Part shown: positions 18,951 through 27,795 of the stretch, piece by piece | Layout of the letters: each line of letters begins with the position of its first letter | How positions within the stretch are numbered: the first letter of the stretch is position 1 | Source: Eubacteriales bacterium | Lineage (GTDB): Bacteria; Bacillota; Clostridia; Oscillospirales; CAG-272 | DNA: 64,000 nt | Direction: 5' to 3' | Assembly: GCA_045531485.1 (NCBI GenBank) | Contig: JAZSEC010000018.1 | Span: 3,170-67,169, forward strand | Translations under genes and position numbers: made by a program | Notes under the pieces: model-generated | Told to the model about the DNA's origin: nothing | Databases searched by the model: none | The model's input: the letters and a program-made list of their open reading frames with translations, nothing else

Positions 18951-19036
18951 GGCTGATAAAATCTTGCTAACATCTAAACAAGCCTTCCCGCGAGGAAAAG
19001 GCCGATTAAGGCGAGAAAATTCTTGCAAATATCTAA
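18943..19036 (+). repeat. Two further copies of the alaS 3'-end unit (third and fourth, the last degenerate)
   Basis: Units start at 18947 and 19006. The fourth reads GAG AAA ATT CTT GCA AAT ATC TAA (EKILANI stop). It differs from the live alaS end mostly at synonymous positions. Confidence 0.75.
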
Positions 19037-19137
19037 TAATTGACAACTTATATTTACAAATACTAGGCGAAAGGAGTTCTTGACGGCTGAAAATGCATCT
19101 TGAGCTCCTTTTGCGTTATTGGAGAGGAATACTTAAA

Positions 19138-20340
19138 ATGAATGTATACGAGAGATTTTTAAAATACGTTTCTTACCCCACCACCTCCGATGAGAACAAC
19201 GAGTGCTGCCCCTCCACTAAGGGACAGATGGTGCTGGCAGAGGAGCTTGTAAGGGAGCTTCTTGAAATTGGCATTGAGGATGCGAGAGTTGATGAAAACG
19301 GCTACGTTTACGCATCCATTCCCGCAAGCTGTGAGGGAATGGCCGCTATCGGCTTTATCGCCCACATGGACACTGCCTCGGATGCTCCCGGTGAGAATAT
19401 CAAGGCGAAAATGATCGACTACAAGGGCGGAGATATCACTCTTAACGAGGAGGCGGGAATCATCCTTTCGACCAAGGATTACCCATACGTAGAGGCACTT
19501 TCCGGTCAAAGACTTATCGTTACCGACGGTACGACCCTGCTTGGTGCTGACGATAAGGCCGGCGTTGCCGAGATCATGGCGGCGGCAGAAAGACTTGTTA
19601 AGGCAGATTTTCCCCATGGCAAGATCTGTATCGGATTTACTCCCGACGAGGAGATCGGCAGAGGTGCAGACCTCTTTGACGTAGACGGCTTTGGTGCGGA
19701 GTATGCCTACACACTCGACGGCGGTGGACTCGGTGATATCGAGTACGAGAACTTTAACGCCGCATCTGCTACCGTTAAGGTACACGGCAGGGCGATCCAT
19801 CCCGGCTCTGCTAAGGATAAAATGATAAACGCCGCACGCATCTGCTGTGAGTTTGATTCGCTTCTCGCTCCCGACGAGATTCCCGAAAGGACCGAGGGCT
19901 ACGAGGGCTTCCACCACCTTATCGCCATTGAGGGCGAAACCGAGGAGGCTGTATCCAGATATATTATTCGCGATCACTCTAAGGAAAAATTCAACGCTAT
20001 CAAGGCTGAGTTCGAGTCTGTGGCGTCGAGGCTTAACGAAAAATACGGTGATGGCACAGTGGAGCTTGTTCTCAGAGATTCTTATTATAATATGAAGGAA
20101 GTTCTTGAGGATAAGATGTACGTCGTAGAGCGTGCCACCGCGGCTATGAAGCGTCTTGGTATGGAGGTTACATCGGTTCCTATCCGTGGCGGTACAGACG
20201 GTGCAAGGCTTTCCTTCATGGGTCTGCCCTGTCCAAATCTTCCTACCGGCGGCGGCAACTACCACTCCCGCTTTGAGTACGTATCGGTTGACGCTATGGA
20301 AAAGTGCGTTGATATGATCGTTGAGATCGTAAAGGGCTGA
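19138..20340 (+). CDS. pepT: Peptidase T (tripeptide aminopeptidase, M20B)
   Basis: 'MNVYERFLKYV' start and metal-ligand motifs 'IAHMDT', 'GADDKAG' and 'PDEEIG'. Confidence 0.92.
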   Translation: MNVYERFLKYVSYPTTSDENNECCPSTKGQMVLAEELVRELLEIGIEDARVDENGYVYASIPASCEGMAAIGFIAHMDTASDAPGENIKAKMIDYKGGDITLNEEAGIILSTKDYPYVEALSGQRLIVTDGTTLLGADDKAGVAEIMAAAERLVKADFPHGKICIGFTPDEEIGRGADLFDVDGFGAEYAYTLDGGGLGDIEYENFNAASATVKVHGRAIHPGSAKDKMINAARICCEFDSLLAPDEIPERTEGYEGFHHLIAIEGETEEAVSRYIIRDHSKEKFNAIKAEFESVASRLNEKYGDGTVELVLRDSYYNMKEVLEDKMYVVERATAAMKRLGMEVTSVPIRGGTDGARLSFMGLPCPNLPTGGGNYHSRFEYVSVDAMEKCVDMIVEIVKG

Positions 20341-20350
20341 TAAATAATAA

Positions 20351-20385
20351 AAGCAACCCGAGAAATCGGGTTGCTTCCTTTTTTA
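20351..20385. terminator. Terminator between convergent pepT and rubredoxin
   Basis: AAGCAACCCGA-GAAA-TCGGGTTGCTT followed by CCTTTTTT. Confidence 0.6.
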
Positions 20386-20431
20386 AAATTTTTAAATGGA
20401 GAAAAGAATTGTTGTTTATATAATTTATTTA

Positions 20432-20590
20432 TTATTCAACAGAGAACATATCGGTTCCCACGCCGCAGAGGGGACACTCGAAATCCTCGGGAAGATCCTC
20501 GAACTTAGTGCCGGGGGCGATGCCCTGCTCGGGAAGACCAAGCTCCTCGTCGTATTCCCATCCACAAACGTCACATACGTATTTTGCCAT
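20432..20590 (-). CDS. Rubredoxin
   Basis: 52 aa, '[16 protein letters not shown]...CPLCG', with two CxxCG knuckles. RBS GAAAGGAAAT lies upstream of the ATG at 20590. Confidence 0.92.
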   Translation of the reverse strand: MAKYVCDVCGWEYDEELGLPEQGIAPGTKFEDLPEDFECPLCGVGTDMFSVE

Positions 20591-20687
20591 ATTTATATTT
20601 CCTTTCAAAAAAATCAATTTTGTTTTTGTGATTTGATTATACAATAAATATGGCTTACTTTCTGTGATTTAATCACAAAGCTGTGAT

Positions 20688-21836
20688 TTATTTTGAAAAT
20701 TCCTCTGCGAGAAGGCGGATTTTTTTTCTGCTCTCCTCATTAAGTGCCGAAATGATCTTAACCTCGGTGTCTGCAAGGCTTAGATTTTTGCTCTTCTCAA
20801 GCATGCCCTTCATGATCCTGGTTGCCATAGGTGCCCAGGAGCCGTTCTCGATAAAGGCAACGCGTCTGTTCTGATAATTTCTCTCGGTCAAATGGTTTAT
20901 AAATTCCTTCATGAAGGGGAAGATATCTGCGTTGTAGGTGGTTGTGGCGAGGACAAGTCTGTCGTATCTGAAGGCGTCCTCGATAGCCTCGTGCATATCG
21001 CATCTGGCAAGGTCGCTTACCGCCACCTTAACGCCTCTGCTTTTCAGCTCTTCTGCCAGCAGCTCCACCGCCGCAGCCGTATTGCCATACACCGAGGTGT
21101 AGGCTATGCACACGCCCTCGCTCTCGGGACGGTAACTTGACCAGGTGTCGTAAAGACCGATATAGTATCCGAGATTTTCATCAAGCACAGGGCCGTGGAG
21201 AGGGCATATTTTCTCGATATCCAGAGCCGCCGCCTTCTTAAGCAGTGCCTGAACCTGCATACCGTACTTGCCGACTATACCGAAATAATATCTTCTTGCC
21301 TCGCACGCCCAGTCCTCCTCGGTATCCAGGGCACCGAACTTGCCGAAGCTATCGGCGGAGAACAGCACCTTGTCGAGAGGATCATAGCTGACGATAACCT
21401 CAGGCCAATGTACCATAGGTGCGGTGATAAAGCTAAGCTCGTGGCGTCCAAGACTAAGCTTATCTCCATCTCCTACAACAATGCGTCCGTCGGCAAATTC
21501 GGTTCCGAAGAAGCCCTTCATCATAGCAAAGGCCTTTGCCGAAGCAACGAGAGTAACCGTGGGAAACGCCTCCTTGAATCTCATAATACTGGAGGAGTGG
21601 TCGGGCTCCATGTGCTGAATGATGAGATAATCGGGCATTCTTTCACCGATTGCCTTCTTGACGTTTGCTATCCACTCGTCAGCGAAGCGAATGTCCACGC
21701 TGTCCATTATGGCAATTTTTTCATCAATTATCGCATAGGAATTATACGCCATTCCCTCGGGAATGACGTACTGGCCCTCAAAAAGATCCAGCTTTCGGTC
21801 GTTTACACCGACGTATTTAATATCATTAGTGATCAT
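20688..21836 (-). CDS. Flavodiiron protein (FprA-type A-type flavoprotein)
   Basis: Metallo-beta-lactamase-like diiron motif 'HMEPDHSS' plus a C-terminal flavodoxin-like 'IAYTSVYGNT'. A rubredoxin gene lies immediately downstream. Confidence 0.9.
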   Translation of the reverse strand: MITNDIKYVGVNDRKLDLFEGQYVIPEGMAYNSYAIIDEKIAIMDSVDIRFADEWIANVKKAIGERMPDYLIIQHMEPDHSSSIMRFKEAFPTVTLVASAKAFAMMKGFFGTEFADGRIVVGDGDKLSLGRHELSFITAPMVHWPEVIVSYDPLDKVLFSADSFGKFGALDTEEDWACEARRYYFGIVGKYGMQVQALLKKAAALDIEKICPLHGPVLDENLGYYIGLYDTWSSYRPESEGVCIAYTSVYGNTAAAVELLAEELKSRGVKVAVSDLARCDMHEAIEDAFRYDRLVLATTTYNADIFPFMKEFINHLTERNYQNRRVAFIENGSWAPMATRIMKGMLEKSKNLSLADTEVKIISALNEESRKKIRLLAEEFSK

Positions 21837-21898
21837 ATATTTACCTCTTTATTAATTATATCCAAGAGATTATAACATAAAACAAACAAAAAATCAAT

Positions 21899-21933
21899 AA
21901 AGAAAAAGAAAAGCACCCGATTCTGTCGGGTGC
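21899..21933 (-). terminator. Terminator after apbE
   Basis: AGCACCCGA-TTCT-GTCGGGTGCT with a T-run on the minus strand. Confidence 0.6.
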
Positions 21934-21951
21934 TTTTTGTAGCCTGAAAAA

Positions 21952-23007
21952 TTAGTCCTCAAGGATATAGCCGTTAAATCCGCTTGAATAGTGCTTGGCC
22001 TGATCCTCTGTTACCCAGAGTACCTCAACGTCCTCCATCGATTCGACGAACGCCATACCGTCCTCAAGGCTCATGCAGAACAGTGCGGTGGAAAGTCCGT
22101 CACCCAGGGCAGAATCCTTACAGATTACCGAAACCATAAGGTAGCCCTGTGCAGGCATAAGGGTTTCGCTGTCAATGATGTGGTGGTATCTTTTACCTGC
22201 CACGGTGTAAAATCTCTGATAGGATCCGCTGGTAACGATCGACTCGCCTGCAAGACCGATATACTCGATATACGGAAGCTCCTCGTCACCTGTGGGATTC
22301 TCTATACCCGTAATCCATTTTTCTCCATTTGCTCTGGGGCCTACGGTACGGATGTTGCCGCCAACGTTTACAACGTAGCCGGTCTTGCCCATGTCGATAA
22401 GCATTTTTGCTACCATCTCTACGGCGTATCCCTTTGCAAATGCACCTACGTCAAGGCTCATCTCGGGATCTCTCAGCCATACGGTAGAGTTCTCCTCGTC
22501 GATGATAACGTCGTTTATATCGGTGTGCTGCGACGCTCTCTCAAGCATATCCATAGGCGGCAGCTCTGCCTCCCAGGGATTATCACTGCCTGCCGAGCGA
22601 TAGTCGTGCCAGATAGAAAGCACGCCGCCCATAGCAACGTTCATTTTTCCGTCGGTCAGGGTATACATCTCCTTTGCGTAAAGGAGCATATCTATAATCC
22701 TTCGGTCAACCTTAACCACCTGGTGCTCGCCGTTTACCAGCTTGTTGATTGTGCAGAGGTTGTTGATTCCCTCGTATTCGTTATAGATGTCGAAAAGCTT
22801 GTGATATTCGCTAAGCAGAGTCATAGCGGCGGTGTTCGCCTCGGCAAATTTTTTCTCCCTCGCCTCGTATCCCATGATGGTGGTTATGGTATCAAAGTAA
22901 GCGAAGGAATATGATTTATACTGCTGCTTCTCACCCTCACAGCCTACGAGAGCGTAGGGAAGCATAAGCGAAATCAGAAGAATAAATATTATAATTTTAT
23001 TTTTCAT
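21952..23007 (-). CDS. apbE: FAD:protein FMN transferase (ApbE family) lipoprotein
   Basis: Lipobox 'ALVGC'. 'DVGAFAKGYAVE' and 'TSGSYQRFY..YHHIIDSETLMPA' are typical ApbE motifs. The ATG at 23007 follows a GAGG RBS. Confidence 0.88.
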   Translation of the reverse strand: MKNKIIIFILLISLMLPYALVGCEGEKQQYKSYSFAYFDTITTIMGYEAREKKFAEANTAAMTLLSEYHKLFDIYNEYEGINNLCTINKLVNGEHQVVKVDRRIIDMLLYAKEMYTLTDGKMNVAMGGVLSIWHDYRSAGSDNPWEAELPPMDMLERASQHTDINDVIIDEENSTVWLRDPEMSLDVGAFAKGYAVEMVAKMLIDMGKTGYVVNVGGNIRTVGPRANGEKWITGIENPTGDEELPYIEYIGLAGESIVTSGSYQRFYTVAGKRYHHIIDSETLMPAQGYLMVSVICKDSALGDGLSTALFCMSLEDGMAFVESMEDVEVLWVTEDQAKHYSSGFNGYILED

Positions 23008-23083
23008 TTTTACCTCGTGAGCCATAGTTTGACTAGCCGGGAAGGACAAGGGCGTCTTTAATTTCTCGGTCCCTCTCGGCTAA

Positions 23084-23106
23084 TCAAAAAGGGAGGATGT
23101 CCTCCC
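23084..23106 (-). terminator. Weak terminator after the lipoprotein gene
   Basis: GGGAGG-ATGT-CCTCCC with a T-run on the minus strand. Confidence 0.4.
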
Positions 23107-23131
23107 TTTTGATTATGCGTTGTTAATTAAA

Positions 23132-24166
23132 TTAACGAGCGTAGCTGATAGCCTCAACAACAACTGCGATAATGCCGTCGATGGACATAGTGCAGCCTGC
23201 ACCGAGAAGTGCCTGGTCGTTAGAGATCTTGTAGCCGTTATCCATGGTCTGAAGCTCAAGGTTCTTAACCTGGTCAGCAGTCTTACCTACAACGTGTGCA
23301 GAGAATGCTGCGGACTGGAGATACCACTCAGCAACGGATGCGTTACCTACGAGAGAGGTACCGTATGCAGCCATCTTATAGTCTTCCTTAAGCTCTCTCT
23401 TGGTCTTGAGAACGCCCTCACCCTTACCAACGGAGGTAGAGGTTACAACGCCGTCAGCACCGATAACAACCTGGGGCTGGATAGCGTCGTTGAGAGTAGC
23501 AAGGATCTTGCCGTCAGCAACTACAACTGCAGCGATGTCAGAGTTCATCTTTACGGTAGCAACACCGTCAGCAACAGTGGAGCCGTTATCAGCGTTGTTA
23601 GCTGCTACACCGAGAGTGAAGCTCTCAGCGGTCTTGAAGGTAACCTTCTGATCGTCGTTGCAAGCCTTAACTACAGCTGCGATGAAGTCGGTGATCTGGA
23701 TGGTGCAGCCTGCGTTAAGAAGGCTCTCATCAACTGCGATCTGGTGACCGTTTACTTCCTGAAGCTGAATGCCCTGAACCTCTGCTGCGGTCTTACCTAC
23801 AACATAGTTCTCGAAAGCCTTAGCCTGATCGTACCACTCCTTAACGGTGCCGCCCTCAACGTTGGGGGTACCGAAAGCAGCCATCTTATAGTTGTCACCG
23901 AGCTCCATCTTGGTGTCAAGAACAGAGAAGGTAACAGCACCGTCAGCTACTGCATACTTGTTCTGGATAGCGTCGATACGGCAGAGAACGATCTTGCCGT
24001 CCTTGTCAAGAACAACGGTAGCAACGGTAGCGTTGGTCTGGGAAGCACTTACTTCACCGAACTGAACGCCGAGACCGAGAGTGTACTCCTTTTCCTTATC
24101 GCCACAAGCAACGAAAGCGGTAAGGCAAAGAACTACTACGAGTGCAAGACAAATAATTCTTTTCAT
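23132..24166 (-). CDS. Lipoprotein made of two homologous halves; possible FMN-binding (PplA-like) flavinylation substrate
   Basis: Lipobox 'FVACG'. Each half contains 'DYKMAA(F/Y)G..EWY.Q(A/S).AF..(Y/H)VVGKTA..V' and ends in 'LL(N/G)AGCT(I/M)'. Adjacent to apbE. Confidence 0.55.
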   Translation of the reverse strand: MKRIICLALVVVLCLTAFVACGDKEKEYTLGLGVQFGEVSASQTNATVATVVLDKDGKIVLCRIDAIQNKYAVADGAVTFSVLDTKMELGDNYKMAAFGTPNVEGGTVKEWYDQAKAFENYVVGKTAAEVQGIQLQEVNGHQIAVDESLLNAGCTIQITDFIAAVVKACNDDQKVTFKTAESFTLGVAANNADNGSTVADGVATVKMNSDIAAVVVADGKILATLNDAIQPQVVIGADGVVTSTSVGKGEGVLKTKRELKEDYKMAAYGTSLVGNASVAEWYLQSAAFSAHVVGKTADQVKNLELQTMDNGYKISNDQALLGAGCTMSIDGIIAVVVEAISYAR

Positions 24167-24376
24167 TTTCTTTTCTCCTTTAGAAAAAATATTTTTTGAG
24201 TTTTACTCCATCCGCTATTATAACATAGAAATATTTAAATGTCAAGAATTTACATTTATTATTTAATTAGATATATTTTTAACAATATAAAACCGTATAA
24301 AAGGTTTTAAACAACTTGACATAAAAGAAGAAAAATGTTAAAATAATTTGTTAAGGAATAATTTTTGGAGTAAAAA

Positions 24377-25360
24377 ATGGACGTAGCAATTAAATTAATA
24401 TACAACGTAGCCCTGTTATTTATTATGATGATTCCGGGATTTATTATGAAAAAGTGCAGGCTTTGCTCGGATGTCTTTGGCAAGGGTCTTTCCAATCTTG
24501 TGCTTTACATAGCCCAGCCGGCACTGACCTTCGTTGCATATCTTCGCCCCTATGACGGCAAAATTATGATAAACGCACTTCGGGTGCTGGGCTTTTCTAT
24601 CATTCTGCATATTCTCTTCTCGGTGGTGGCTATGATGTTCTTTAAGAAATCGCCCGATTCCATGAAGCGTATGCTGAGATTTGCTACTATCTTCTCTAAC
24701 GTTGCCTTTATGGGTATACCTCTTATTGCCGCAGTGCTTGAGGACACCTATCCCGGTGCTACCGTATACGCCCTGCTTTACAGTGTTACCTATAACATTT
24801 TCCTCTGGTCGCTGGGTGCCAGGATCTGTACCGAGGGCAGGGACGTTAATGACAATGACGTTGACGATCACGTAGAGCATAGGCAGACGGTTTCTCCCTG
24901 GACGGCTTTCGTTCATCCCACCACTATTGCATCTGCGATAGGTCTTATCTTCTTTATTTTCCCTATTCATACTTACGTTAACGGAACGATAATTGAGGAA
25001 TCCTTCGTTATGCTGAAGAATCTCGTTGCTCCGCTCTCTATGGTGGTTATCGGACTCAGACTTGCGGATATGAGCTTCAAGGGAATGCTGAAGGATAAGG
25101 GAATGTATATCTTTATTGCACTCCGCCATTTTGCACTTCCTCTTCTCACGCTCGGTATCGTAAAGCTGGTTGGACTTGTAGTAGAGCTTGATCCCGCGGT
25201 GGAGATGGTTACTGTGATTCTTGCGGCGGCACCTGCGGCAACCTCGGCAACCATGTTTGCTGAAAAGTTTGACTGTGACGCGATCTACGTGTCAAGGTTG
25301 GTCACCGTATCCACGCTGCTTTCCATCGTCACTATTCCACTGATACTTCTTTTAGTTTAA
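24377..25360 (+). CDS. AEC (auxin efflux carrier) family transporter
   Basis: 327 aa with about 10 TM helices in a 5+5 layout and a central hydrophilic loop. N-terminus 'NVALLFIMMIPGFIMKK'. Confidence 0.8.
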   Translation: MDVAIKLIYNVALLFIMMIPGFIMKKCRLCSDVFGKGLSNLVLYIAQPALTFVAYLRPYDGKIMINALRVLGFSIILHILFSVVAMMFFKKSPDSMKRMLRFATIFSNVAFMGIPLIAAVLEDTYPGATVYALLYSVTYNIFLWSLGARICTEGRDVNDNDVDDHVEHRQTVSPWTAFVHPTTIASAIGLIFFIFPIHTYVNGTIIEESFVMLKNLVAPLSMVVIGLRLADMSFKGMLKDKGMYIFIALRHFALPLLTLGIVKLVGLVVELDPAVEMVTVILAAAPAATSATMFAEKFDCDAIYVSRLVTVSTLLSIVTIPLILLLV

Positions 25361-25389
25361 CCTAAAAGGTTAATAAAACGAGGAAAATA

Positions 25390-26505
25390 ATGAATTTTAG
25401 TAAAAATATTTCGGAAATTGAAAAGAAAATAGGCTACACCTTCAAGGATAAAAGCCTTTTGACCCAGGCCTTCACCAGATCCAGCTACTGTAACGAGCAT
25501 AGAGGTGCGGGCAGGGAATATATCTCCAACGAGGTGCTGGAGTTCTTCGGCGACAGCGTGCTTTCCACGGCTATTATCACCATGATGCTAAAGGAAAAGA
25601 CCGAGAGATACGAGCATGGTATTTACACCGGACTGGACGAGGGAGATTTCTCCAATATACGTTCAAAGCTCAGCGACAAGCGTAATCTTTCTAAGAGCAT
25701 GGCGGCACTCGGTCTGCAGAAGCATCTTCGCATGGGCGAGGGTGATGCAAAGCTTGGTATTGAAAACGAGCCATCGGTTATGGAGGATCTGTTCGAGAGC
25801 ATAATCGGTGCGGTATATATTGACTGCGGCATGGATATGGCGAGGGTTATTCCCGTCGTGTCTGGTATGCTGGACGTATCGGTGTATTTCTCTGGCGAGG
25901 CGGCTCCTATTCAGAGCTATAAGAATGCCCTGCAGGAGTGGTGTGCTGATAAAAAGCATCGACTTCCCGCACCCGTTTATAAAACTATATCCCAGACCGG
26001 TCCTGATCATAAGAGGGTGTACGAGAGGGCGGTTATTATCGGTGACCGTCTGGTTGCTACCGGAAAGGGAAAAAACCAGAAGCTTGCCGACAGTGCCGCA
26101 GCCGAGGCCGCACTCGAAGTGCTGAAAAAAGAGTGCGTAAATAACAATAATGTAAATATAAGTTCACTTTCTGAGCTAAAAAACCACGCAATCAAGAATA
26201 AGCAACCCTCTCCGGAGTTCAGGGATCTTGGCGAAACTGCCAACTCCAGCGTAAGCTCCAGGGAGTATATGATTGAGTGTCGCTGTATGGGTAAATCGGC
26301 GGTCGGCGTTGGTAAGAGTAAGCAGGAGGCGAGAGCCCTGGCTGCCGAAAAGGTGCTTGCCTCGCTCACCGTAAGGGAGGAGCAAAGGGAAACACACAGG
26401 ACTGCAAAGCCTGTGGCAAGGGCTACCTCGAAAAAGCCTGCTTCCAAGAAAATTGTCAAAAAAACGGCACCACGTACTCGCAAAAACGTGAAAACTACGA
26501 AATAA
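25390..26505 (+). CDS. rnc: Ribonuclease III with an extra C-terminal dsRBD-like module and a Lys-rich tail
   Basis: RNase III signature 'NEVLEFFGDSVL'. The first dsRBD is at about aa 172-247, a second dsRBD-like segment at about aa 258-326, and a basic tail follows. Total length 371 aa. Confidence 0.9.
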   Translation: MNFSKNISEIEKKIGYTFKDKSLLTQAFTRSSYCNEHRGAGREYISNEVLEFFGDSVLSTAIITMMLKEKTERYEHGIYTGLDEGDFSNIRSKLSDKRNLSKSMAALGLQKHLRMGEGDAKLGIENEPSVMEDLFESIIGAVYIDCGMDMARVIPVVSGMLDVSVYFSGEAAPIQSYKNALQEWCADKKHRLPAPVYKTISQTGPDHKRVYERAVIIGDRLVATGKGKNQKLADSAAAEAALEVLKKECVNNNNVNISSLSELKNHAIKNKQPSPEFRDLGETANSSVSSREYMIECRCMGKSAVGVGKSKQEARALAAEKVLASLTVREEQRETHRTAKPVARATSKKPASKKIVKKTAPRTRKNVKTTK

Positions 26506-26528
26506 TATCTCAAAACGGGGTAATCAAA

Positions 26529-27053
26529 ATGAAGAATACCTATCTTGAGGGCGGCAGGATCTGCACCTCTCACGGCGTAAAGGGACTTCTTAAGGTGGAG
26601 CATCTCTGCGACTCCCCAAAGGTTCTGTTAGGCATAAAGAAAATATATCTTAAGGAGCGTGACGGCTCCTTTACCGAGAAAAAAGTTACAAGCTGCTCCT
26701 CTATGGGTCAGTTTCTGGCTCTCGGCATTGATGGGATCACCACTCGTGAGGAGGCGATAGCCTACCGTGGCAGGATCTTCTATCTCCACCGTGACGATAT
26801 TCCTCTTCCCAAGGGTGCTATGTTTATTGCCGATATGATCGGTCTGCCGGTTTACCATGCCGAAAGCGGCGAGTCCCTTGGCGAAATATCCGACGTCAGC
26901 GACGTTGCGGGACGAAGAATTTATACAGTGAAATACCAATGTCGCGAGGTTATGATTCCCGACGTGACTGAATTTATAAAGGAGATTAGTGAGGAGCGTG
27001 GCATGGCAGTACTGCCCATACCCGGTCTTTTTGATGCAGCAGATGAGGTTTGA
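26529..27053 (+). CDS. rimM: 16S rRNA processing protein RimM
   Basis: 'GRICTSHGVKGLLKV' N-domain, PRC-barrel-like C-terminus, and the rimM-trmD gene order. Confidence 0.9.
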   Translation: MKNTYLEGGRICTSHGVKGLLKVEHLCDSPKVLLGIKKIYLKERDGSFTEKKVTSCSSMGQFLALGIDGITTREEAIAYRGRIFYLHRDDIPLPKGAMFIADMIGLPVYHAESGESLGEISDVSDVAGRRIYTVKYQCREVMIPDVTEFIKEISEERGMAVLPIPGLFDAADEV

Positions 27054-27795
27054 CGTAATGACACTCTTCCCGGATATGGTGCAGGGCGTTCTCTCCGAGA
27101 GTATAATCGGCAGGGCACAGAGTGGCGGTCTTATAGAGGTCGCATGCCATAATATCCGAGATTTTTCTAATGACAAGCACAGAAAGACCGACGATACCCC
27201 CTACGGTGGCGGTGTCGGTATGGTTATGACCTGTCAGCCTATATACGATTGCTACGAGAATATCGTTAAAGATATCCCCGAGGGCAATAAAAAGAGGGTC
27301 ATCTATATGTCCCCGAAGGGCAGGATGTTCTCTCACTCGGTGGCAAGGGAGCTTGCCGAATATGATAATCTTATATTCCTTTGCGGTCACTACGAGGGCG
27401 TGGATCAGCGTATCCTCGATGAGATCGTTGATGAGGAAATATCCATCGGTGACTACGTGGTTACCGGTGGCGAGATCCCTGCTTGTATTGTTATCGACGC
27501 GGTATCAAGGCTCATTGACGGAGTCCTCGCATCCAGCGAATGCTACGAGGGTGAGTCGGTGGCATCAGGAATACTGGAATATCCTCAGTATACCAAGCCC
27601 CGTGAGTTCCGCGGAAGAGAGGTTCCCCCGATACTTCTATCGGGCGACCATGCGAAAATTGACAGATGGAGGCTTGAAGAGGCGGTGAAGATCACTAGAG
27701 AACGCCGTCCCGATATGCTGCTTCTCCATCCGGAAATAGAGGAATCCCTGAAGCCAAAAAAATCCAAGAGAAAGGAGAGAGTAAAGAATGTCTAA
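27043..27795 (+). CDS. trmD: tRNA (guanine37-N1)-methyltransferase
   Basis: 'MRFDVMTLFPDM', 'LCGHYEGVDQR' and 'SIGDYVVTGGE'. The start overlaps the rimM stop, and an alternative ATG lies at 27034. Confidence 0.92.
   Translation: MRFDVMTLFPDMVQGVLSESIIGRAQSGGLIEVACHNIRDFSNDKHRKTDDTPYGGGVGMVMTCQPIYDCYENIVKDIPEGNKKRVIYMSPKGRMFSHSVARELAEYDNLIFLCGHYEGVDQRILDEIVDEEISIGDYVVTGGEIPACIVIDAVSRLIDGVLASSECYEGESVASGILEYPQYTKPREFRGREVPPILLSGDHAKIDRWRLEEAVKITRERRPDMLLLHPEIEESLKPKKSKRKERVKNV

Noticed and set aside
18383-19036. CRISPR-like appearance of the repeated ~60-bp units near alaS.
   Set aside because: There are only four units and they are directly abutting without unique spacers, apart from the DUF559 cassette. 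The repeat contains the alaS stop codon and terminator, and no cas genes are present.
20396-20647. 83-aa + strand ORF overlapping rubredoxin.
   Set aside because: It is antisense to a textbook rubredoxin (two CxxCG motifs, good RBS). It has no RBS or motif of its own.
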